The notes below the pieces were generated by a model that did no database searches, was not told the DNA's origin, and was given only the letters and a program-made list of their open reading frames with translations. A stretch of 53,243 bases of DNA from Verrucomicrobiota bacterium. GTDB lineage: Bacteria; Chlamydiota; Chlamydiia; Chlamydiales; Rhabdochlamydiaceae. This document shows positions 10,598 through 18,998 of this stretch, piece by piece. Numbering within the stretch: position 1 is the first letter of the stretch; each line of letters opens with the position of its first letter. The DNA is taken from positions 1-53,243 of the forward strand of contig JAFEGU010000114.1 in NCBI GenBank assembly GCA_018239725.1, read 5' to 3'. The position numbers and the translations under genes are program-made.

Positions 10598-11725
10598 ATG
10601 GAAAATGTCATAAAAACAGCTCTTGTCTATGATTGGTTAGTGACGGTCGGCGGCGGTGAAAAGACTTTTGATGCGATAGCGCAGCTTTACCCTAGCCCGA
10701 TCTATACATTGGTCCATGATCCAAGCAAAATGGAAGGAACTTCTTTTACAGATGCAGAAGTCCATACCTCCTTTTTGCAGAAGATGCCTTTTGCAAAGAA
10801 AGGATACCGCTATTATCTCCCCTTTTTTCCTCTGGCCGTTGAGCAGTTTGACTTAAGAGGTTACGATGTGGTCATTTCGACATCCCATGCCGTTGCCAAA
10901 GGAGCATTGACCCAAGCTGGCCAGCTGCACTTGTGCTATTGCTTCACTCCAATGCGGTATGCCTGGGACCTCACCCACCGGTATTTAGAAGGGATCTCAG
11001 GGTTTCAAAAGGCAATTGCACAATGCGCCCTGCACTATTTGCGCAATTGGGATATCGCCTCTTTAAACCGGGTCGATCAGTTTGCTGCAAATTCCCATTA
11101 TATTGCTCGGCGGATCGAGAAAGTATATGGGCGCAAGGCAGCAGTCATCTATCCTCCAGTCGATACCCATTTGATCGAGCTGAAAACGCAAAAGGAAGAA
11201 TTTTTCGTCACGGCCTCCCGCATGGTTCCCTACAAGAACATTGAGCTTATTGTGGAAGCCTTTTCCCATATGCCGGATCAGAGGCTGATCGTTATTGGAG
11301 ATGGGCCTGAGATGCCCAAGGTCAAAAAGAAGACGGGAAAAAATGTTGAGATCTTAGGTTATCAGAGCGATCCTGTATTGCGGGATTATTTAGGAAGGGC
11401 CAAAGGATTTGTTTTTGCGGCGGAAGAAGATTTTGGGATTGTCGTCGTAGAGGCCCAGGCTGCAGGAACCCCTGTCATTGCATTAGGCAAGGGGGGCGCT
11501 TTAGAGACGGTCATTGATGGAAAAACGGGTGTGTTTTTCAAAGAACCGACCGTTGAACACCTTGTGGAGGCTGTCCAAAGGTTTAGGAAGATCGATTTTG
11601 ATCCTTTTACCATCCGAGATCATGCGGACAAGTTTAGTAAAGAAAGGTTCCAAAAGGAATTTAAACTGTTTGTGGACCATAACATAGAGGCGTTCTATGA
11701 AAGTCATCATCCTAGCCGGCGGTAG
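10598..11725 (+). CDS. Glycosyltransferase, GT4 family (GT-B fold)
   Basis: C-terminal EX7E-type region AEEDFGIVVVEAQAAGTPVIALGKGGALETV. The context suggests a mannosyltransferase, but specificity is not determinable. Confidence 0.85.
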   Translation: MENVIKTALVYDWLVTVGGGEKTFDAIAQLYPSPIYTLVHDPSKMEGTSFTDAEVHTSFLQKMPFAKKGYRYYLPFFPLAVEQFDLRGYDVVISTSHAVAKGALTQAGQLHLCYCFTPMRYAWDLTHRYLEGISGFQKAIAQCALHYLRNWDIASLNRVDQFAANSHYIARRIEKVYGRKAAVIYPPVDTHLIELKTQKEEFFVTASRMVPYKNIELIVEAFSHMPDQRLIVIGDGPEMPKVKKKTGKNVEILGYQSDPVLRDYLGRAKGFVFAAEEDFGIVVVEAQAAGTPVIALGKGGALETVIDGKTGVFFKEPTVEHLVEAVQRFRKIDFDPFTIRDHADKFSKERFQKEFKLFVDHNIEAFYESHHPSRR

Positions 11726-13085
11726 CGGCACGAGGCTTTGGCCTTTTTCAAGAAATGCTTTCCCCAAGCAGTTTTTGAATTTTGGCGATGACTTGTCCCT
11801 TTTGCAAAAGACGATTCAGCGTTTTCTTCCCTTAGTTGCGCCTATTGATATCTTGATCGTTACCAATCAGGATTATTATCATCTGGTAAAAACGCAAGCA
11901 GGCGCTATCGATCCCCTATTGGAAAGGCAGATCCTTGTTGAACCGGATAAAAAAAACACAGCTCCTGCGATTTGCTTGGCTGTCAAATACCTGCAAGACT
12001 TTTTGGGCTGCAAGGAAGAGGAATGCTTTTTAGTCTCTTCTTCCGACCATTTAATTTCCCCCCAATCGGCCTTTGTTGAAGGGATCAAGCGTGCGGAACA
12101 GGTCGCCAAACAGGGATGGCATGTGATCTTTGGAATTCGTCCTAATAAACCTGAAACAGGATATGGTTATGTCAAAGGCAAACCAACTGAAAATCCTTTT
12201 GTTTGGAAAGTCGAACGGTTTATTGAAAAGCCAGAGTATTCCCTTGCGCAGGAGTTCGTACTTTCTGGAGAATATTTATGGAATTCTGGGATTTTTCTTT
12301 TCCAAATAGGCTCCTTTTTGAAAGAGATGGCGCAGTATTGTCCGTCGGTAGCCTCTCTTGCAAAAGGGTCGTTTAAGGAACTTGGCACAAGATTTTGCGA
12401 CATGCCCGATATTTCCATCGATTATGCTCTGATGGAAAAGTCGAGCAATGTGATGATCCATCCGTTGGAAGTGAGCTGGTCGGATGTCGGGTCATGGGAC
12501 AGTGTTTATGATGTCCTTGAAAAGGACGTCAACCATAATGCCAAGGTCGGAAATGTCCTCGACATCGATACGAAGAATTGTTTGATTATGGGAGGCAAAA
12601 GGTTGATTTCAACCATCGGCTTGGAAGACCTTCTCGTGATCGAAACTGACGATGCCCTATTTATCGGAAGAAAGGGGGAATCGCAGCGTGTCAAGCATCT
12701 GGTTGAAGAACTGAAGAAAAGAAATGCCAAGGAGCCTTACGAGCACGTTACATCCCACCGTCCCTGGGGACATTTCACAATTTTAGAGGAGGGTGAACGG
12801 TACAAGATCAAAAGGATCGTCGTTGAGTCCAAGCAAAAGCTAAGTCTACAGAAGCACTACCATCGCAGCGAGCATTGGATCGTCGTGAAAGGAACTGCAA
12901 ATGTCACGATAGGCGCTCAAGAAAAGCTCGTCCATGAAAATGAGAGCATCTATGTTCCCAAAGGTTGCGTCCACCGTTTAGAAAATCCTGGAAAAGTGAA
13001 GTTGGAGCTCATCGAAGTCCAAGTCGGCGAGTATGTTGGCGAAGACGATATTGTACGGTTGGAAGATGTCTATCAAAGGAGTTAG
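11697..13085 (+). CDS. manC: Mannose-1-phosphate guanylyltransferase / mannose-6-phosphate isomerase (type II PMI-GMP)
   Basis: MKVIILAGGSGTRLWPFSR nucleotidyltransferase motif, plus the C-terminal cupin RPWGHFTIL...LSLQKHYHRSEHWIVV. Confidence 0.93.
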   Translation: MKVIILAGGSGTRLWPFSRNAFPKQFLNFGDDLSLLQKTIQRFLPLVAPIDILIVTNQDYYHLVKTQAGAIDPLLERQILVEPDKKNTAPAICLAVKYLQDFLGCKEEECFLVSSSDHLISPQSAFVEGIKRAEQVAKQGWHVIFGIRPNKPETGYGYVKGKPTENPFVWKVERFIEKPEYSLAQEFVLSGEYLWNSGIFLFQIGSFLKEMAQYCPSVASLAKGSFKELGTRFCDMPDISIDYALMEKSSNVMIHPLEVSWSDVGSWDSVYDVLEKDVNHNAKVGNVLDIDTKNCLIMGGKRLISTIGLEDLLVIETDDALFIGRKGESQRVKHLVEELKKRNAKEPYEHVTSHRPWGHFTILEEGERYKIKRIVVESKQKLSLQKHYHRSEHWIVVKGTANVTIGAQEKLVHENESIYVPKGCVHRLENPGKVKLELIEVQVGEYVGEDDIVRLEDVYQRS

Positions 13086-13179
13086 ATTCTGTTTTCAACC
13101 CGGATCTCTCAGACGCTCGGTATCCCGCAATCGGTCAAATTCACAGAACTTGACCGATTGCGGTATAAAAGCCATTTGC

Positions 13180-14358
13180 GTGAGATACAGACATCTTCTC
13201 CATGTCTTATTTTTCCTTTTCTTTTTTTTCTTGGTGGTTTTTCCAAAAGGGGGCTTGAAGATTCAAGGCATCCCTTTGACATGGGGCTATCTTTTCTTAG
13301 CCGTGTTCTCTGCTATCTCCTTCCTAAAATCTCGGTTTTCATTTTCAAAGCAGCAACTCATCGCTGTGCTTTGTATTCTGCCGTTTGCTGCGTTGGGGAT
13401 CGGAGCGATGAGTATTCTAGGAACCAGAGATGTGGGTTTTGCTGCTTCTTTTATTATCTCATTTCTTTGTTTGCCGGTTATATTCTTCCTTTTTTTTTCG
13501 AAATATTTAGCCGATGTCGATCGAGTTCTTTTTAATAGGATGCTTGCCAATTCCTTGTTTGTTGTCGCCCTGTTCGGTGTCATTGCCTTTGTTTATACTG
13601 CTGTTTTCTTTGATTTTTTATTGATTCCCCATCTGATGATTCCTCAAGAAGACATTTCAACCTTTGCTTTCACGCGAATGATTGATCGTGGGAACATTTT
13701 TAAATTAGTTTCGACGTATAATAATGGAAACATTTACGGGATTTGTATGCTAATGTTTTCTAATTATTATTTTCACATAGAAGAGTCTCGGTTTAAGAAG
13801 TCGGTTTTTATTCTTGCTCTTCTATTAACTCTTTCACGCACGGTTTGGATCGGTCTATTGGTCGCTTATTGGCTAGGCTTTTTTTTCTCAGTGAAGACAA
13901 GGTCAAACTGGATTAGGCATAGCTTATTTTGGGTTTTGAGCATTGTTCTTTTGGGAGGATGTATTTCCCTGTTCAACATCAATACCGAGTTTATTTTTGA
14001 CGCCCATTTGGGAGGACGTTTATGGCAGCTGGATGCATTAAAGAGCTTTTCATACCTTCCTTCTGTTGCATTTGAACAGATATGGGAGATCGTCTACTTG
14101 GGTGTTTTGCAGAATTTTGGGATGATTGGCCTTCTTCTTTTTCTATTTGGAATGATTGCTCCTTTAGCGATCCATTTTTTTGGCGCTAAAAAAAGGGGGG
14201 ATGAAAATAATCGGGCCGCGCAAGACAGAATTGCTGCGGGTTTGATCCTCTATTTGATCGTTTGCTGTTCCGATGGCGCCATCCAATACATCCCTACGAT
14301 GGCATTCTTTTGGTTTCTGTCCTCTTTATTATTATCACCCGCAAAAAGTATAGCTTGA
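13180..14358 (+). CDS. Polytopic membrane protein, possible second O-antigen polymerase/ligase-like (Wzy-like)
   Basis: At least 9 hydrophobic segments, a large loop, then EIVYLGVLQNFGMIGLLLFLFGMI, which resembles the Wzy_C tail. The ORF-track start at 13033 overlaps manC, so I place the start at the in-frame GTG at 13180 (a TTG at 13150 is also possible). Confidence 0.45.
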   Translation: MRYRHLLHVLFFLFFFFLVVFPKGGLKIQGIPLTWGYLFLAVFSAISFLKSRFSFSKQQLIAVLCILPFAALGIGAMSILGTRDVGFAASFIISFLCLPVIFFLFFSKYLADVDRVLFNRMLANSLFVVALFGVIAFVYTAVFFDFLLIPHLMIPQEDISTFAFTRMIDRGNIFKLVSTYNNGNIYGICMLMFSNYYFHIEESRFKKSVFILALLLTLSRTVWIGLLVAYWLGFFFSVKTRSNWIRHSLFWVLSIVLLGGCISLFNINTEFIFDAHLGGRLWQLDALKSFSYLPSVAFEQIWEIVYLGVLQNFGMIGLLLFLFGMIAPLAIHFFGAKKRGDENNRAAQDRIAAGLILYLIVCCSDGAIQYIPTMAFFWFLSSLLLSPAKSIA

Positions 14359-14437
14359 TCATTTCATAATTTTGCTGATAGTGTGCAAACAAATGATAAC
14401 ATCATTTGAATGTCTTATATAGGCAGGGTCCCAAAAA

Positions 14438-15421
14438 ATGAAAAAACTATCTAATTTCTTCATATTTTCAATCCTTTCTTCTGCTATAGGAGTGTTAGCT
14501 GCTCCAGCTCATTCTCGCAATTCCTACCATGACCAAAGATACGAAGATGATGAGGAGTTTGACTGGATCGATGTGGTTGGGGATGAGCTCATTTCCCAAG
14601 AAGAGATGGACATGGCCGAAGATGATGAGATGCAGCCGCTTTTTTGGAATTCTTCGGTTGCGGATGCAGATCAAACCTCTCCAGGCAGATCGCAAAAAAC
14701 AGCAGATCGTCAGAGATCGATTAAAGAGTATCATTCCCGCTTGCAAGTTGGCGCCGATTATACCCATGTGGATCTAAAGCCCGACGGAAGGACATCCTTC
14801 GATGGGAATATGGGGGGCTTACAAGGGCTGTATGAATATTGGGCTTCAAGCCATTTCTATGCTGGTGCCAAGTTGGCATGGAAGCAAGGCAATATGAATG
14901 GCGATGCCGGACACCGCTCTCTTGTTTATATTGATACGCAAGAGCGGCTCGGCTATGCGCTGACCTGGGAAAAGCCTGACCTGGTATGGAGCATCTATTC
15001 TGGGATTGGCTACCGGTATCTTGGGCATGATTTTGATCCTCACCATGGACATTCAATCACGTTGAATTACAGCGAATTCTATGTGCCCGTAGGCTGGACG
15101 GCTGAATTTACGATCAATTCGTGGTTTACCATGGATGTCAACTTCACCTGGATGCCTCAAATTTTTCCAACGGTATGGATCGATCCTTTAAGGGGGGCCA
15201 GCTGGAGCCTGAAAAAGAAATTTGCGAATTTTCTTGTTGAGCTGCCGCTTGATTTTACACCGACAAAAAATACTAGATACCATCTGATCGTAACGCCATT
15301 TTACGAGTATTGGCAAGATGGCAGGTCGACGGCTAAAACAACAACGGGCGTTTCGCTAGGGCTTCCAGAAAACACCTATCAGTTCTTTGGATTCGATGTG
15401 AACTTTGGGTATTGCTTTTAA
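14438..15421 (+). CDS. Putative outer-membrane beta-barrel protein with signal peptide and acidic N-terminal segment
   Basis: Signal peptide MKKLSNFFIFSILSSAIGVLAAPAHS, alternating aromatic/hydrophilic strands, and a C-terminal ...FGFDVNFGYCF ending in Phe (OMP signature). Confidence 0.5.
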   Translation: MKKLSNFFIFSILSSAIGVLAAPAHSRNSYHDQRYEDDEEFDWIDVVGDELISQEEMDMAEDDEMQPLFWNSSVADADQTSPGRSQKTADRQRSIKEYHSRLQVGADYTHVDLKPDGRTSFDGNMGGLQGLYEYWASSHFYAGAKLAWKQGNMNGDAGHRSLVYIDTQERLGYALTWEKPDLVWSIYSGIGYRYLGHDFDPHHGHSITLNYSEFYVPVGWTAEFTINSWFTMDVNFTWMPQIFPTVWIDPLRGASWSLKKKFANFLVELPLDFTPTKNTRYHLIVTPFYEYWQDGRSTAKTTTGVSLGLPENTYQFFGFDVNFGYCF

Positions 15422-15480
15422 CTTGACTGCGCAGCCTTACGAAGGATGTAGGTAGAAGATAGTCTTGCAATTATCTTCCG

Positions 15481-16179
15481 TTAATTGAACACCCCTTTCC
15501 GAATCCACTTCGTTGCAATCCATTTCTCTCCTTTTTTGACGGGCGCCCCGCCATGAAAAGAGAGGGGATCTTCGATCCCATCGGGAGTGCAGTTGTAAAA
15601 GAGGACCGCATTGCCTTTAATGGGACGGACCCCAATCCTCGCTTTAGGAAAGATTGTTTCGCCTCCCTCCTCTGTCGTATGGAGATAGATGATCAATGTG
15701 GCAATACGCTGCCCGCCACGGTCATAACAGGCCTTTCCGCCAGGGGTCGCTGGGTCAAAATAGTCGTAGTGGGGCTGGTATTCCGCTCCAGGTCCGTAAG
15801 AAAGGACTTGGATCCCTTCTCCATTTTCCTCTGGAAGCATAGTCAGCGCTGCGATCCGCTTTTCGATGTTGCGGATAATCATATCGGAAGAGGCTTTTGG
15901 AAAAAACATCCCTTGGCTAGTCCTTCCTTCATGAAGGGCTCCTCCGGGAGAATGGTCGTCGACAACGGTGGAGCGGGACAACAGAGGCTTTGCTTTTTCA
16001 ATGATCAAGTCGCATTCAACGGAGGTAAGAAAATTCTCAATGAGAAAGATTCTTGGGCTCCAGCTGAGGACCTGAAGCTGAGGAGTAGCCGAACGTTCTT
16101 CTGCGGCAGCTTGTTGTGCATTGGATCCAATAAAAACCATGAAGATAAAGAGCAATGCTTTCATTTTGCGATTCATCAT
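15481..16179 (-). CDS. Prolyl 4-hydroxylase-like 2-oxoglutarate/Fe(II) dioxygenase with signal peptide
   Basis: P4Hc-like sequence: SWSPRIFLIENFLTSVECDLII, HYDYFD (HxD iron ligands), FHGGAPVKKGEKWIATKWI (distal His plus 2OG-binding Lys). Start placed at the MMNRKMKALLFIFMVFIGSNAQQAAA signal peptide, with GGAGG just upstream. Confidence 0.85.
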   Translation of the reverse strand: MMNRKMKALLFIFMVFIGSNAQQAAAEERSATPQLQVLSWSPRIFLIENFLTSVECDLIIEKAKPLLSRSTVVDDHSPGGALHEGRTSQGMFFPKASSDMIIRNIEKRIAALTMLPEENGEGIQVLSYGPGAEYQPHYDYFDPATPGGKACYDRGGQRIATLIIYLHTTEEGGETIFPKARIGVRPIKGNAVLFYNCTPDGIEDPLSFHGGAPVKKGEKWIATKWIRKGVFN

Positions 16180-16262
16180 TCCTCCAACAGTTATATACTG
16201 CTTCCAGTTCAATCGTAGAGACGCTTCAGCATTATAGAACTTCAAAATTCAACCAAAGGCTT

Positions 16263-18854
16263 TTAACTTAGGTGTTTGCCAAGCACGCCGGAAAGCTTCA
16301 TCATATCTAATGCTTTATCGGAGCCGAAGACCTTTGCCAGCTTGGCATCAGGCACGATCAGCCTTTTGTTTTTCTTATCTTGGAGATCGTGCTTTTTGAT
16401 ATAGTCCCAGGTCTTTTTAACGACTTCCGGCCGCGACAGCTCTTTTTCTCCAACGATGGCCTGCAGCTCTTTGGATAGGGCGTAGGCCTTTTGAGGACGG
16501 GTGGATTTTGCCTTGCCTTTTTTTTCTTTTCCTTTTTTAGGAGCCGCTTCGTCTTTTTCTTTTTTCCCTTTCCCGCCCTTGCCTTTGCCGAATTTTCCAG
16601 CTTTTTTGACGTAGGCTGTTTTAGGATGGTTCGGGTATTTTTCATTGAGATCGTCGAGGTTATTGACGATCACATCGCAATCGGGGAAGTTCGAGCAGGA
16701 GAAAAAGGGTTTGCCAAAACGGGATCGGCGCTGAACCATTTTCCCATCGCATCCCATAGCTGGGCATGTGGGCATTTCGCTTGCAGGGATCTCATCTTTA
16801 CGAGGAATGTTGACGATGCCTCTGCAATCAGGATAACGGGAGCAGCCTAGGAACGGGCCAAATTTGCCATAGCGGATTTTCATCTCGCTGCTGCATTTGG
16901 GGCAAGGTTGTTCCCAATCGAACGCGGGATCGAAGTCCTCTTTGTTAAAATTAAAGGATTCTACCGGCGCTGTGAAACGGCAATCAGGATAATTAGAGCA
17001 GCCGTAGAAATACTTTTGGCGGGACCAGATTTTTTGCAGGGGCTTTCCACACTCGGGGCAATCAAGATCGGTCTCAACTTTTGGTACATGGGCTTCTTTT
17101 TCAGCAGTTTCCACAGTAGGAATGAACTTATCCCAAAACTCGCGGATCAAATCCTTCCAATTCTTCTGGTTCTCTGCGATGAACTCGAGGTCATCTTCCA
17201 TCGCTGCTGTAAAACCGATGTCCATGATGATCTTGAAATTGTCTTCAAGCATCTGTGCGATGACTTTCCCAAGCTCGGTCGGCTTTAACGTCCCTTTTTC
17301 CTTGGTCGTGTAGTCTCGGCTCTGGATCTTATTCATGATCGCAGCGTACGTTGATGGACGTCCGATCCCTGATTTTTCAAGTTCTTTGACAAGAGATGCT
17401 TCTGTGAAGCGTGGAGGAGGACGGGTGAAGGCTTGGTGAGACTGCACTTCGTTCAGAAGAAGCGTCTGCCCCTCGACAAGCGGTGGTAGGATTCGATCTT
17501 GGTCATCTTTTTCTTTCTCTTCGCCATTCGTCTTATCTTCCCGCTCCTCATAGACAGCAAGGAATCCTTTGAACTTGATCACAGACCCGCTAGAGCGAAG
17601 CACAATGTTTTTATCGGTTTCGATATCGCAGGAAACGGTGTCATAAATAGCAGGATTCATCTGCGAAGCGAGGAAACGGCGCCAGATAAGGACGTAGAGC
17701 TTGTACTGGTCAAGCGTTAAATAGTTCTTGATCGAATCGGGCGGGTGCTGAAGATTTGTCGGGCGGATCGCTTCGTGGGCGTCCTGGGCGCTTTTTTTCG
17801 TTGAGTATTGCTTCCCTTCAGGAGGAAGATATTGGGGGCCGTATTCCTTTAGGATGAACTTGCGGGCAGCCTCGATCGCTTCCGGGGCCAAGCGGACCGA
17901 ATCGGTACGCATATAGGTGATCAAACCCTCTGCGCCTTCGTTGCCAAAGTCGATCCCTTCATAAAGCCCTTGGGCAATGTTCATTGTCCGCGAGGCTGAA
18001 AAACCGTAATGGCGGCTGGCCTCTTGCTGCAATGTTGAAGTGATGAAAGGGGCTACGGGATTGCGCCGCTTTTCTTTTTTTTCAACGCTTGCCACATGGT
18101 AATTAGCATTTTGGAGCTTGGCGACGACGTCGCGTGCAGCTTTCTCATTGGAAATCGTGTAGCAATCTTTTCCAGGAATTGCCTCTTTCTCCACCTTTTT
18201 TCCATCGACAGAGTAGAGGATTGCATGGAAGGGCTGTTCGTTTTTCTTCGTTTGCAGGATCGATTCGATGTTCCAGTATTCGATGGGGATAAAAGCTTCG
18301 ATCTCTTTTTCCCGGTCAACGACCAGTTTGAGGGCAACAGATTGCACTCTGCCTGCAGAGAGTCCGCCATCGCGGGCACCTTGTACGCGGCGAGTCAAAA
18401 TAGGTGAAATTTTATAACCGACGATCCTGTCCAAAAGACGCCGAGCCTGCTGCGCATCGACGAGCGCCTGGTCGATCGCCCGAGGATGGTCAAGGGCATC
18501 TAAAACTGCTTCTTTAGTGATTGCATTAAAGGTGACCCGCTTGAACTTAGTTCCTTTAGGCAGGATCGAAGCGATGTGCCAGGCGATCGCTTCCCCTTCG
18601 CGGTCAGGGTCGGGGGATAAGTAGACGACGTCAGCTACCTTAGCAGCTTTCTTTAAGCGGTCGATCACTTCTTGTTTGTCGGGAAGGATGGCGTATTGGG
18701 GCTCAAAGTCGTGCTCGACGTCGATTCCAAAACCTTTTTGCGGCAGATCGCGGACATGGCCGAGGGAGGATTCAAAAATGTAGTTCGACCCCAAAAATTT
18801 CTTCAGAGTTTTGATTTTGGCTGGAGACTCGACGACGATGAGTGCTTTTCCCAT
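16263..18854 (-). CDS. topA: DNA topoisomerase I fused to a C-terminal SWIB/MDM2 domain
   Basis: Start at MGKALIVVESPAKIKT (Toprim). Three C4 zinc fingers (CPECG...CSNYPDC, CPKCS...CSRYPDC, CPAMGC...CSNFPDC), a Lys-rich linker, then a SWIB-like tail YALSKELQAIVGEKELSRPEVVKKTWDYIKKHDLQD. Confidence 0.95.
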   Translation of the reverse strand: MGKALIVVESPAKIKTLKKFLGSNYIFESSLGHVRDLPQKGFGIDVEHDFEPQYAILPDKQEVIDRLKKAAKVADVVYLSPDPDREGEAIAWHIASILPKGTKFKRVTFNAITKEAVLDALDHPRAIDQALVDAQQARRLLDRIVGYKISPILTRRVQGARDGGLSAGRVQSVALKLVVDREKEIEAFIPIEYWNIESILQTKKNEQPFHAILYSVDGKKVEKEAIPGKDCYTISNEKAARDVVAKLQNANYHVASVEKKEKRRNPVAPFITSTLQQEASRHYGFSASRTMNIAQGLYEGIDFGNEGAEGLITYMRTDSVRLAPEAIEAARKFILKEYGPQYLPPEGKQYSTKKSAQDAHEAIRPTNLQHPPDSIKNYLTLDQYKLYVLIWRRFLASQMNPAIYDTVSCDIETDKNIVLRSSGSVIKFKGFLAVYEEREDKTNGEEKEKDDQDRILPPLVEGQTLLLNEVQSHQAFTRPPPRFTEASLVKELEKSGIGRPSTYAAIMNKIQSRDYTTKEKGTLKPTELGKVIAQMLEDNFKIIMDIGFTAAMEDDLEFIAENQKNWKDLIREFWDKFIPTVETAEKEAHVPKVETDLDCPECGKPLQKIWSRQKYFYGCSNYPDCRFTAPVESFNFNKEDFDPAFDWEQPCPKCSSEMKIRYGKFGPFLGCSRYPDCRGIVNIPRKDEIPASEMPTCPAMGCDGKMVQRRSRFGKPFFSCSNFPDCDVIVNNLDDLNEKYPNHPKTAYVKKAGKFGKGKGGKGKKEKDEAAPKKGKEKKGKAKSTRPQKAYALSKELQAIVGEKELSRPEVVKKTWDYIKKHDLQDKKNKRLIVPDAKLAKVFGSDKALDMMKLSGVLGKHLS

Positions 18855-18998
18855 TGCATTCCTATTACTAATACAAGTGAAGGGGAGCTTATTACGATGC
18901 CAGCTCAAAATCAAGTGAATTTTTGTGAGCTTGTTGACGGTAATCAAGAAATAGCGTTAGGATCCTTTGCAGAATTCTTCTGGAACAAGGCTTGCATT

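Noticed and set aside
12383-12398. Sigma-54-like promoter motif TGGCAC-N-TTGC (noted because rpoN is in the window).
   Set aside because: The GG-to-GC spacing is one nucleotide too long relative to the TGGCAC-N5-TTGC consensus, and the site is inside the manC coding sequence.
13033-13179. N-terminal 49-aa extension of the Wzy-like membrane protein ORF.
   Set aside because: It overlaps the end of manC and translates to a basic, non-membrane sequence. The in-frame GTG at 13180 starts directly at the first hydrophobic segment. The start remains uncertain.
16480-16640. Purine/pyrimidine-skewed low-complexity tract (runs of ctttt/ccttt).
   Set aside because: It encodes the Lys/Gly-rich linker between the TopA zinc fingers and the SWIB domain. 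It is not an independent repeat element.
18672-18998. N-terminal 109-aa extension of the two-domain GT ORF in the ORF track.
   Set aside because: It overlaps the 5' end of topA on the opposite strand and is not hydrophobic or conserved-looking. The ATG at 18999 starts a signal-anchor matching the paralog's N-terminus.
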